A DNA stretch of 54,137 nucleotides from a bacterium (GTDB taxonomy: Bacteria > Patescibacteriota > Doudnabacteria > UBA920 > VMFF01). Where the stretch lies: NCBI GenBank assembly GCA_021811585.1, contig JAJZOG010000011.1, forward strand, positions 1 to 54,137. Direction: 5' to 3'. The position numbers and the translations under genes are program-made. The notes beneath the pieces are model-generated. The model searched no databases. It was not told the DNA's origin and saw nothing but the letters and a program-made list of their open reading frames with translations. This document shows, piece by piece, positions 10,043-18,665 of this stretch (position 1 is its first letter; every line of letters starts with the position of its first letter).

Positions 10043-10357
10043 TTATGAAAATAAATAAATTTGCCGGAAATCCATCAAAGTGGCGCCGACAAGCGCATCC
10101 AAATCCGGGATATTTTTCGCGCAAAATTCCTGGATAGAATGCGAATCTTTCGTATCCAAAATGCCGTTAAATTCATCCAGCTTTTCTTCAGGCATCTTGG
10201 CAAGGATTGCCGCGTTAATGCGGTCCTCTATCCTATCTATAAGGTCTTTTTGGACCTGGTCCAAAATATCCTTATCCAAGGCATTTAAGCCCTTTTCTTC
10301 CGTTAAGCGCCTGGCGAAATCCTCTAAAGTGGCTATTTGTTGTGTTTTTTCGCTCAT
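10043..10357 (-). CDS. Small acidic helical protein, DUF5663-like
   Basis: L..RIEDRIN..IL..MPEEKLDEF...IPDLD pattern; ends 10 nt upstream of the giant gene. Confidence 0.7.
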   Translation of the reverse strand: MSEKTQQIATLEDFARRLTEEKGLNALDKDILDQVQKDLIDRIEDRINAAILAKMPEEKLDEFNGILDTKDSHSIQEFCAKNIPDLDALVGATLMDFRQIYLFS

Positions 10358-10399
10358 TTGTTTCAAATTTAAAGAATGTACCTACATTATAACATGAAT

Positions 10400-10465
10400 C
10401 TGGAATCTGGGTTCAACCCAACTCCCTAACCCAGATTCCAGGTTAGGGTATTGGGTTCAACCCAA
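10400..10465. repeat. Nested inverted repeats with two GGGTTCAACCC palindromes
   Basis: CTGGAATCTGGGTT 10400-10413 pairs with AACCCAGATTCCAG 10428-10441; TTGGGTTCAACCCAA at 10451-10465. Confidence 0.7.
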
Positions 10466-10540
10466 CTGTAATTTTGGCTATTGGCAAATTGTGCCCTGGC
10501 AAGCAAAATAGCCACAAGAAGGCAAAGGAGGATTGCCGAG

Positions 10541-10849
10541 ATGACAGCCAAAAACATTTTTATTGGCGGCTTGGTTCTGATGCTTGTTGGCATGGGAATT
10601 TGGATTCACAGAATCCGCACAGAAAATAGCGCGCCCGCGCCTGGGCAACAAAAAACGCCGCAAACTCTCGAGATAAAGCCAACGCCATCAGCGCAAAACT
10701 TTACCATTCCTGCTGTGGGCGCGAAGGCAACTGGCCCAAAGCAATCTGTTCGAAAACCAAAATTAAAGAGGCGCGTTTATGGAAATGCAACGCGCTATCC
10801 CCAAAACAGCGCGCCGCCTCTGAACTTCAACCAGGATCTTCGGCGTTGA
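10541..10849 (+). CDS. Hypothetical membrane-anchored protein (Pro/Lys-rich, FNQDL motif)
   Basis: AGGAGG upstream of ATG 10541; N-terminal TM helix; followed by a terminator. Confidence 0.7.
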   Translation: MTAKNIFIGGLVLMLVGMGIWIHRIRTENSAPAPGQQKTPQTLEIKPTPSAQNFTIPAVGAKATGPKQSVRKPKLKRRVYGNATRYPQNSAPPLNFNQDLRR

Positions 10850-10858
10850 AAGCAAATC

Positions 10859-10890
10859 AAAAGCGCGGAATTCCAATATCCCGCGCTTTT
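10859..10890. terminator. Bidirectional intrinsic terminator
   Basis: AAAAGCGCGG...CCGCGCTTTT between convergent genes. Confidence 0.75.
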
Positions 10891-10907
10891 CCATTCACAT
10901 TGTAAAT

Positions 10908-11237
10908 TTAATCTTCGAAAGAAAAAGTCGAATCAATTATTTCGCTTTTCAGGTGATCCTGCTCCTGCCGGCGCAGTTCCCTTTCGCGCTCCTTCTCGCG
11001 TTCCCTTTCGCGTTCCCGCTCGCGTCCCAAATCCGCCTCTTCCTGCTTTTGCGCCTCAATTATTTTTTTATTGATTTCCTCAACGCTTGCCGTTTGCTTG
11101 TGCACCGCGCGCAAAAGCACTTCCTGATATTGCTCGGTTGTCATTATCACCAGAACCGGGTCGCCATTTTCATCAATAACAAAAAATTTTCCGCCGTCCG
11201 CCTTTGCAAGCTCGATTAATTTTTTTATGCCTTCCAT
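10908..11237 (-). CDS. Hypothetical protein with a Phd/YefM-like N-terminus and an (RE)n tract
   Basis: KFFVIDENGDPVLVIMTTEQYQ resembles the Phd/YefM fold; REREREREKERERE. Confidence 0.65.
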   Translation of the reverse strand: MEGIKKLIELAKADGGKFFVIDENGDPVLVIMTTEQYQEVLLRAVHKQTASVEEINKKIIEAQKQEEADLGREREREREREKERERELRRQEQDHLKSEIIDSTFSFED

Positions 11238-11245
11238 AAAATTAG

Positions 11246-11328
11246 AAGTTAATAGTTGATAGTTGGTAGTTAGGCAAATGATGTGGGCGTTTCGATTCTT
11301 AACCGCTGCCTTCTAACGACCAACTATT
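11246..11328. repeat. Inverted heptamer (TAGTTGG-type) repeats forming a hairpin after fusA
   Basis: ATAGTTGGTAGTTAG at about 11259-11273 pairs with CTAACGACCAACTAT at about 11313-11327. Confidence 0.6.
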
Positions 11329-11344
11329 ACCTGCTGTCTATCGC

Positions 11345-13456
11345 TTACTGTCCTTTTCTGGCATTCACTGCGGCGCGGGATTCAATAATTCCAGCCGCAA
11401 TGTTGCGGGGCACCTCGTCATAATGGTCAAATTCCATGGCATAATTGCCCTGGCCCTGGGTCATGGAACGCAAAGCAGTGGCATAGCCGAACATTTCCGC
11501 AAGCGGAATGTAAGAATCAATAATTTTCAGGTTGCCGCGGTCATTCATTTCTTTAACCTGTCCGCGCTTGGAGTTTATATCGCCGATAACATCGCCCATG
11601 AATTGTTCCGGCACAGTCACTTCAACTTTCATTATCGGTTCAAGCAAAATAGGGTCTGCGCTGCGCACTCCGTCCTGGAACGCCTTTGAGGCCGCGATCT
11701 TGAACGCAAGCTCCGACGAATCCACTTCATGGAAACTGCCGTCGTAAACCGCGCAAAAGAAATCTATCACCGGATAGCCGGCAATAACGCCGTTTTCAGC
11801 GGCTTCTTTGACGCCTTTTTCAATAGGCGCAATGAATTCCCGCGGAATAACGCCGCCGACAATCTCGCTTTCAAACGTGAACCCGGCGCCGGGTTCGCGC
11901 GGTTCCAGGCGGATCCTGCAATGGCCGTATTGGCCTTTGCCGCCGGATTGCCTGATGTATTTGCCTTCGGATTCCACAATTTTTTTGAATTTCTCTTTGT
12001 AAGCAACCTGTGGCTTGCCGACATTCGCTTCCACTTTAAATTCCCGCTTCATGCGATCGACAATAATTTCCAAATGCAGCTCGCCCATTCCCGAAATAAT
12101 TGTCTGGCCTGTTTCCTCGTCGCCTTTGATATGGAAAGTCGGATCTTCTTCGGCAAGGCGCGAGAGGGCAATGCCCATTTTTTCCTGGTCTGCTTTTGTC
12201 TTCGGCTCAATGGCCATGGAAATAACCGGCTCGGCAAATTTAATTGATTCCAGGCGGATGGGATGGTCCAAATCGCAAAGCGTATCGCCTGTTACGGTCT
12301 CTTTCGGGCCCACCAAAGCGGCAATGTCTCCGGCATAAACTTCTTTAATATCCTGCCTGTCATTGGCTTTCATCAGCACAATTCTGCCGACGCGCTCTTT
12401 GTTCCCGGAACGCGTGTTCAGGATGTACGAGCCGGCTTGCAATGTTCCGGAGTAAACCCGAAAAAATGCCAGCTTGCCCACAAAGGGGTCGTTGGCAATC
12501 TTAAATGCCAGCGCAGTGAACGGCTCGGCATCATCGGGTTTGCGGATAATTTTTTCCGCGCCTTCAACTTCCGCTTCCTTAACTTTCGGATTCACGCCGA
12601 CAATATTCTGCTTATCAAGCGGCGAAGGCAAATACATGTTAATGGCATCCAGCAAAGTATGCACGATGACTCCGCGCCCGTCTCCGCCGAGAACCGGATA
12701 AAAATTTCCGCCAATGGTTGACTTGCGGATTGCTTCCAAAAGTTCCGCCTCGGTGAGTTCTGTCCCTGCCAAATATTTTTCCATTAAGGCATCGTCAATC
12801 TCCACGACTTTTTCAATTAACTTCTGCCTGTATTCCTTGGCTTTTTCCGCGAGGTCAGCTGGAATTTCTTCTTCGGTAAGCGCTTTGTCTTTGAATTCTT
12901 TATATGTATAGGCCTTCATCTTAACAAGATCAATAATGCCGCGGATGTCTTTTTCAAAACCGATCGGGATTTGAATGGGATATGCGTTCGGCGAAAGTCG
13001 CTTATGGATTGAATCCAGGGATTTATAAAAATCGCCGCCTGTCTGGTTTATTTTGTTGATAAAGCAGACGCGCGGAACGCCGTATTTATCGGCCTGGCGC
13101 CATACGGTTTCCGACTGCGGCTCAACGCCCATTTTGCCGTCAAAAACAACAACCGCTCCGTCGAGCACGCGCAAAGAACGTTCCACCTCAACCGTGAAAT
13201 CCACGTGCCCCGGCGTATCAATAATATTTATTTTATTGCCTTTCCAATAGCACGTAACAGCGGCCGCGGTAATGGTGATGCCGCGCTCGCGCTCCTGCTC
13301 CATCCAATCGGTTACGGTTTCCCCTTCATGGACCGCGCCTATATTGTGGGTAACTCCGGTTTCATAAAGAATACCTTCGGTAATAGTGGTTTTACCCGCG
13401 TCAATGTGGGCAATAATTCCGATATTTCTTGTTTTATCTATCGCGTATTCTCTCAT
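11345..13456 (-). CDS. fusA: Elongation factor G (atypical G4/G5 motifs)
   Basis: [44 protein letters not shown]; downstream of rpsG. Confidence 0.98.
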   Translation of the reverse strand: MREYAIDKTRNIGIIAHIDAGKTTITEGILYETGVTHNIGAVHEGETVTDWMEQERERGITITAAAVTCYWKGNKINIIDTPGHVDFTVEVERSLRVLDGAVVVFDGKMGVEPQSETVWRQADKYGVPRVCFINKINQTGGDFYKSLDSIHKRLSPNAYPIQIPIGFEKDIRGIIDLVKMKAYTYKEFKDKALTEEEIPADLAEKAKEYRQKLIEKVVEIDDALMEKYLAGTELTEAELLEAIRKSTIGGNFYPVLGGDGRGVIVHTLLDAINMYLPSPLDKQNIVGVNPKVKEAEVEGAEKIIRKPDDAEPFTALAFKIANDPFVGKLAFFRVYSGTLQAGSYILNTRSGNKERVGRIVLMKANDRQDIKEVYAGDIAALVGPKETVTGDTLCDLDHPIRLESIKFAEPVISMAIEPKTKADQEKMGIALSRLAEEDPTFHIKGDEETGQTIISGMGELHLEIIVDRMKREFKVEANVGKPQVAYKEKFKKIVESEGKYIRQSGGKGQYGHCRIRLEPREPGAGFTFESEIVGGVIPREFIAPIEKGVKEAAENGVIAGYPVIDFFCAVYDGSFHEVDSSELAFKIAASKAFQDGVRSADPILLEPIMKVEVTVPEQFMGDVIGDINSKRGQVKEMNDRGNLKIIDSYIPLAEMFGYATALRSMTQGQGNYAMEFDHYDEVPRNIAAGIIESRAAVNARKGQ

Positions 13457-13458
13457 TT

Positions 13459-13971
13459 TTATCTCCTGCTGAACCTTGCGAAATGCGCAAAGGCCTTATT
13501 GGCTTCTGCCATCCTGTGCGTATCTTCGCGCTTCTTAATGGCTGCGCCCATCTTATTGTAGGCATCGATAATTTCGGATGAAAGCTTCAGATGCATCGGT
13601 GCGCCTTTTCGCGCGCGCGCCGCGGCAATAAGCCATTTCATTCCCAAGGCGGTTTTGCGCGGCTCGACAACTTCCATGGGCACCTGATAGTTGGCGCCGC
13701 CGATTCTGCGGCTTTTAATTTCAACCATCGGGGAAACATTCTTCAGCGCCAAATCAAAAATCTGGACGCCTGTCATTTTCTGGCCCGAAGTGGAATTTTG
13801 GGATTCCATTTTCTTGCCGACCTCGTCAATGGCCATGTAAAAAATTTTCTGGGCAACGGATTTCTTGCCGCGCTCCATCAAATAATTAATAAATTTTCCA
13901 TATCTCGCATTGCCGAATTTCGGATCCGGCTTAATGGGAGTTTTTGTATATGATCGTGCTTTTCTTGGCAT
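13459..13971 (-). CDS. rpsG: 30S ribosomal protein S7
   Basis: [39 protein letters not shown]. Confidence 0.98.
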   Translation of the reverse strand: MPRKARSYTKTPIKPDPKFGNARYGKFINYLMERGKKSVAQKIFYMAIDEVGKKMESQNSTSGQKMTGVQIFDLALKNVSPMVEIKSRRIGGANYQVPMEVVEPRKTALGMKWLIAAARARKGAPMHLKLSSEIIDAYNKMGAAIKKREDTHRMAEANKAFAHFARFSRR

Positions 13972-13990
13972 AAAATTTCACCACTATGTC

Positions 13991-14398
13991 TTAACTCTTT
14001 TTCATTCCGTATTTGCTTCTGCCGCGCTTACGACCGTCAGCGCCAAGGGTATCCAATTTGCCGCGCACAATATGGTAGCGCACGCCGGGAAGGTCTTTTA
14101 CCCTGCCGCCGCGGATCATTACCACAGAGTGCTCCTGCAAATTATGTCCGATTCCCGGAATGTAAGCGATCACTTCCATGCCGTTGGTAAGGCGGACTTT
14201 CGCTACTTTTCGAAGGGCAGAGTTCGGCTTTTTGGGCGTGGTGGTGTAAACCTTCAGGCAAACTCCACGCATAAAAGGGCTCGGAGCCGCAATTGCCCTG
14301 CCTTTAATTAAATTGATGCGCCTTTGCAAAGCCGGGGTTTTGGATTTAACCCTGGCTGTTGTGCGCCCGCTGCGAACCAGCTGATTGATTGTGGGCAT
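13991..14398 (-). CDS. rpsL: 30S ribosomal protein S12
   Basis: MPTINQLVR start at 14398; [23 protein letters not shown]. Confidence 0.98.
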   Translation of the reverse strand: MPTINQLVRSGRTTARVKSKTPALQRRINLIKGRAIAAPSPFMRGVCLKVYTTTPKKPNSALRKVAKVRLTNGMEVIAYIPGIGHNLQEHSVVMIRGGRVKDLPGVRYHIVRGKLDTLGADGRKRGRSKYGMKKS

Positions 14399-14649
14399 TT
14401 CTGTTGAGGCCTGTTTTGAAACTTTGCAGGCCAATTCCTTAACTAAACCGGCCGCGCAAGCGCGCTTTCACCGCTTTTGAGAACAAAGCGATTACTCCGT
14501 TTAGCAAATTAATTTCAAATTAAAATTCCGCTTCTCTACGGAATGCATAACTCAAGTGTAAAGTTATTTGAATATATTATACGGGAGCCGGGAAAATCTG
14601 TAAAGTCGAATTCCTTACTTTTGTTCCAAGTCAGTTAGGTTGAGCATTT

Positions 14650-15285
14650 TTACGCCGGAATCCCGAATAATCTGAAGAAAAAAGCGATCACCGGCATCAT
14701 AATGTTCTGAAATCCGGCGCTGGAGAACAAGATAAAGATCAAAACAATAAACGGCAATAAACCCCAAATGCCCCTGTACTCGAGCGCCGTGATTTTGTTT
14801 ATGGCTCTTTCGCCCAAAAGCGCGGCAATAACTTTCGAACCGTCTATCGGCGGAATGGGAATCATGTTAACCACAGCCAGAAAAACATTTATTTCCGCAA
14901 TGCCTATAAAAAGATTTTGCACGGGCTGGGAAACCTGCATGAATCGCATGGGCAAAGTAAAGACAAATGCCAAAAATAAATTAGTGAGTATTCCGGCAAT
15001 GGAAACCCAAAAAACTCCCCACCTGAAATTGCGCAAGCGATAATAATTTACAGGCACCGGCTTTGCGGCGCCGAAAATTACGGGAGAGCCGAATAGGAAT
15101 AATGACAACGGCAAAAGAATCGTCAGAAATGGATCAATGTGGCTTATGGGATTAAGCGTGATGCGCCCCATCATGCGGGCAGTATCGTCGCCAAAATATT
15201 CGGCCGCAACGCCGTGCGCGATTTCATGCAAAATCGCGGAGAAAAGCAAAATTATTAAAAATAAAATTACCGGTATTCCAAGCAT
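14650..15285 (-). CDS. Site-2 protease family (M50) membrane metalloprotease
   Basis: HEIAHG (HExxH), GRITLNP, NMIPIPPIDGS. Confidence 0.93.
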   Translation of the reverse strand: MLGIPVILFLIILLFSAILHEIAHGVAAEYFGDDTARMMGRITLNPISHIDPFLTILLPLSLFLFGSPVIFGAAKPVPVNYYRLRNFRWGVFWVSIAGILTNLFLAFVFTLPMRFMQVSQPVQNLFIGIAEINVFLAVVNMIPIPPIDGSKVIAALLGERAINKITALEYRGIWGLLPFIVLIFILFSSAGFQNIMMPVIAFFFRLFGIPA

Positions 15286-15382
15286 TACCTTTATCTTAAT
15301 TAATTTTGTCCTTGATAATTATAGCAATTATTGATAAAATAAGTAAGATTAAATATAATTTTTAACTAATCTTACGAAATCT

Positions 15383-15568
15383 ATGCCAAGAATGTGTGCA
15401 ATTTGCGGAAAAGGATACTCAAAAACAATCAAGCGCAGCCATTCCATGCGCGCGAGCATCAGGCGCCTTTCGCCAAACCTGCAGTGGGTAAAATACCGGG
15501 GCAAAAGGATTAAGGCCTGCACCCGCTGCATAAAAACCCTGGGCAGGAAAGAAACGATTGCTGCCTAA
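15383..15568 (+). CDS. rpmB: 50S ribosomal protein L28 (Zn-binding type)
   Basis: CAICGK...RSHS...RR..PNLQ...CTRCIK. Confidence 0.93.
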   Translation: MPRMCAICGKGYSKTIKRSHSMRASIRRLSPNLQWVKYRGKRIKACTRCIKTLGRKETIAA

Positions 15569-15627
15569 AAGCGCAGCTTAAAGCCCGCCAAATACTGCTC
15601 CAAACTAAAAACGCTGCTAAAAAATTT

Positions 15628-15648
15628 AAAACCGCGAAAGCGGTTTTT
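15628..15648. terminator. Bidirectional terminator between rpmB and parB
   Basis: AAAACCGC-GAAA-GCGGTTTTT. Confidence 0.75.
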
Positions 15649-16622
15649 TAAACAGTGAACCCGCCCGGGAAATCATCGCCCGCATTACTGGCAGCGTTTG
15701 CGGTGCGGGCGCCTTCAATCTTACCTATCAATTCCTGAAGTTCTTCATCCGAAAAAAATTCGATCATGATTTTTCCGCCCCTGCCGCTCTTTTCGATTTT
15801 CACCCTTGTGCCGAGCTTTGAGCGCAGCTCGTTTTCCATTGCCATTGTCAGAGAATCCGGCCCCGCCGCTTCCAGCCGCGGCCTGGCAACAAGCTGGCGC
15901 ACCCTGGCTTCCACCTGGCGGACATTCAAGCTCTGATCCAAAATCATTTTAAACAAAGCCAGCTGGCGCTCCGGCCCGGGCAAGCCGAGAATGGCGCGCG
16001 CATGGCCTTCTGAAATTTTCTTTTCAACAATGCCGCGCTGAATATCCGCGGGCAGATTAAGCAAGCGTACTGTATTGGCAACCGCGGGCCTGCTTTTGCC
16101 GACTTTTTGCGCGACTTTTTCCTGGGTTAGGCCGAACATTTTCATAAGCTTGTCATAAGCCATGGCCTCTTCAATGGGATTAAGGTCCTGCCTTTGAATA
16201 TTCTCGATAAGCGCAACCTCAAGCTTGGTTTGGTCGCCCATTCCGGATTTCACGATGACCGGCACTTTTTCAAGCCCGGCAATTTGGCTGGCGCGGAACC
16301 TGCGCTCGCCGACCACAAGCTCATAACCGCGCTCAGTCCTGTTAACCACAAGCGGCTGGATTACGCCGTGCTCTCGGATAGAATCAGCGAGCTCCCGCAG
16401 CTGCTGCTCGTCAAAATTCCTGCGCGGCTGATAAGGGTTGGGAACTATTTCGGCAATCAGGACTTCCAAAATCTGGGCATCGTCATAGGAAATGCGGCTT
16501 TGCGCGGGTGGCGGCGCGGTTTCAGGAACCGCCAGCTCCGCCGCAAATATCCGCTCCGCGGGAATCTCCTGCTTCCCGCTTGCCGGCACTTCCGAAATTT
16601 TTATGGGCTGGTCGTCAAACAT
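15648..16622 (-). CDS. parB: ParB/Spo0J chromosome partitioning protein
   Basis: PNPYQPR, GVIQPL, GERRFRA, ENIQRQDLNPIEEA, HTH GKSRPAVANTVRLL. Confidence 0.95.
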   Translation of the reverse strand: MFDDQPIKISEVPASGKQEIPAERIFAAELAVPETAPPPAQSRISYDDAQILEVLIAEIVPNPYQPRRNFDEQQLRELADSIREHGVIQPLVVNRTERGYELVVGERRFRASQIAGLEKVPVIVKSGMGDQTKLEVALIENIQRQDLNPIEEAMAYDKLMKMFGLTQEKVAQKVGKSRPAVANTVRLLNLPADIQRGIVEKKISEGHARAILGLPGPERQLALFKMILDQSLNVRQVEARVRQLVARPRLEAAGPDSLTMAMENELRSKLGTRVKIEKSGRGGKIMIEFFSDEELQELIGKIEGARTANAASNAGDDFPGGFTV

Positions 16623-17166
16623 TTTTTTTCTGTATGTTTAAATTTTCATTTTGCATTTCCGGCGTGAAAAAAATTTCCTTGGCCGCGATATTGCCGCTTC
16701 CTTTGGCGGCGAGTTTCTTTTTTTTGCCCCTCTGGTAAATAAAATACATCATCAATGCCGCAACCGCTATTACCGCAAGCGAATTGGCAGTGTTAAAAAC
16801 CCAAATGCTGTTTACCGAAAGGTATGTAATGGAACCGAGCCAAAGGATAAATTCATCCATCACAAAACCCAGGCCAATGCCGTATATCATGGCGGCAATG
16901 CCCGGGGCGATTTCCACGTTGAGAATAAAAGTAAGGAAGCCGAGAACTGTCAAAATAATATTGCCGTAAACAAAATGATGCAGGCGGTATCCGTGAATAT
17001 CCACAAAAACGCTCGCAGGCAAAACATGCCCGTCTATAACCAGAAAACCCACGAGCCGCGAAAGAAAAACGCTCACAAGAAAAGCCATCAAGCCAACCTT
17101 AAGCGGATCGGCGCCCCCGATCTCCTTAAAAATATTTTTTGATTTTTGATTTGCCTGGTCCGGCAA
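16615..17166 (-). CDS. Integral membrane protein of unknown function (LHH.VYG...GIGLG..MDE)
   Basis: Four hydrophobic segments. Probable TTG start 17166 with GGAG upstream; the longer ORF would overlap the tRNA. Confidence 0.7.
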   Translation of the reverse strand: MPDQANQKSKNIFKEIGGADPLKVGLMAFLVSVFLSRLVGFLVIDGHVLPASVFVDIHGYRLHHFVYGNIILTVLGFLTFILNVEIAPGIAAMIYGIGLGFVMDEFILWLGSITYLSVNSIWVFNTANSLAVIAVAALMMYFIYQRGKKKKLAAKGSGNIAAKEIFFTPEMQNENLNIQKKNV

Positions 17167-17180
17167 TTGATTTTCTCCTC

Positions 17181-17267
17181 TGGTGCCGGTGGTGGGAGTT
17201 GAACCCACATGAGAGTAATCCCACACGATTTTGAGTCGTGCGCGTATGCCAATTCCGCCACACCGGC
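17181..17267 (-). tRNA. tRNA-Leu(CAA), CCA end encoded
   Basis: GCCGGTG acceptor stem, anticodon arm CACGA-CTCAAAA-TCGTG, long variable arm, GGTTCAACTCC T-arm, ACCA end. Confidence 0.95.
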
Positions 17268-17332
17268 TTAAATACTAAAATATTTTACCAATTTTGATGG
17301 GTTTTGAGCAAATGTATGATTTAAAAATAAAA

Positions 17333-18577
17333 TCAGGCCGGCACCGGAAAATCCACGCTGAACCGCTTCACCTTGCGCGCCAGATTCTCCAATTCCGCGG
17401 CATTATCTTTATTGGCCAGCGCCGCATCAATAAATTCCGCGACAGTATCCATATGCGCTTCTTTCATTCCGCGCGTGGTAAGCGCGGCCGTGCCCAAGCG
17501 GATGCCGGACGGATCGAGCGGCTTGCGCGTGTCGTACGGAATCATATTTTTATTTATGGAAATTCCGATTTCCTCCAAAACGTGTTCCGCTTCTTTTCCG
17601 GTAATATTTTTGCTGCCAAAAACATCCACAAGCATAAGGTGATTATCCGTGCCGCCCGAGATTATCCGAAAGCCGCGGTTCGCAAGCGCCTGCGCCAGGC
17701 GTTGCGCGTTTTTAATAATTTGCGCGCTGTAATCGCGGAATTCCGGCCTCAGCGCCTCGCCGAAAGCAACGGCTTTCGCGGCGTTGATGTGGTCGTGCGG
17801 GCCGCCCTGAATTCCAGGAAAAACCGCTTTGTTTATTGCAGGCGCAAATTGCTCCCTGCTCATTATTATGGCGCCGCGGGGGCCGCGGAGAGTTTTGTGG
17901 GTTGTGGTGCTGACAACGTCAAAATACGGCACAGGGCTTTCCAACTGCTTGCCGGCAATGAGCCCGGCGATATGCGCAATGTCCGCAAACGTATGGGCGC
18001 CGATTTTGTCGGCAATTTCTTTGAAACGCTTCCAATCCATATTCCGCGAATACGCGGAGAAACCCGCCAAAATCATTTTCGGCTTTTCGCGAAGCGCAAT
18101 CGCCTCTACTTCATCCATATCAATCAATTCATTTTCTTTTTTCAAAAAGTACGGGATGATCTGATAAAGTTTCCCCGAAAAATTCAGCGGATGCCCGTGC
18201 GAAAGATGTCCGCCCTGGTCCAAGGAAAGCCCAAGCACTTTATCGCCGGGATTAAGCAATGCCATATAGACAGCCATGTTCGCTGGGCTGCCCGAAAGCG
18301 GCTGGACATTTACCGCCTCGGCTCCGAAAAGCTCTTTGGCGCGTTCTATTGCCAAATTCTCCGCCTCATCTATAACCCGGTTACCTCCGTAATAGCGCTT
18401 GCCAGGGTAACCCTCTGAATATTTATTCGTCAAAACACTTCCCATGGCTTCCAAAACAGCCGGACTGACATAGTTTTCCGAAGCAATCAATTCCAAACCC
18501 TCTTTTTGGCGCGCTTCTTCCGCCTTAATTATTTCATAAAGCTTTGGGTCTTGAATTTTGAGATGGGGATATTCCAT
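17333..18577 (-). CDS. glyA: Serine hydroxymethyltransferase
   Basis: LELIASEN, NKYSEGYPGKRYYGG, TTTHKTLRGPRG. Confidence 0.98.
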   Translation of the reverse strand: MEYPHLKIQDPKLYEIIKAEEARQKEGLELIASENYVSPAVLEAMGSVLTNKYSEGYPGKRYYGGNRVIDEAENLAIERAKELFGAEAVNVQPLSGSPANMAVYMALLNPGDKVLGLSLDQGGHLSHGHPLNFSGKLYQIIPYFLKKENELIDMDEVEAIALREKPKMILAGFSAYSRNMDWKRFKEIADKIGAHTFADIAHIAGLIAGKQLESPVPYFDVVSTTTHKTLRGPRGAIIMSREQFAPAINKAVFPGIQGGPHDHINAAKAVAFGEALRPEFRDYSAQIIKNAQRLAQALANRGFRIISGGTDNHLMLVDVFGSKNITGKEAEHVLEEIGISINKNMIPYDTRKPLDPSGIRLGTAALTTRGMKEAHMDTVAEFIDAALANKDNAAELENLARKVKRFSVDFPVPA

Positions 18578-18665
18578 GCGGGAATTATATATGATCCGGC
18601 GGATTTGCGGAAATAATGAAAAGGCGGATTAACTTTCCAAAATTTTTTTCCTAATTTTAAAATTT

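Noticed and set aside
17190-17210. Similarity of the tRNA T-arm (GGGTTCAACTCCC) to the repeat head
   Set aside because: Only about 9 nt match, which is too short to infer a tRNA origin.
17167-17226. N-terminal extension of ORF 16615..17226
   Set aside because: It overlaps tRNA-Leu; a TTG start with GGAG at 17166 is more plausible.
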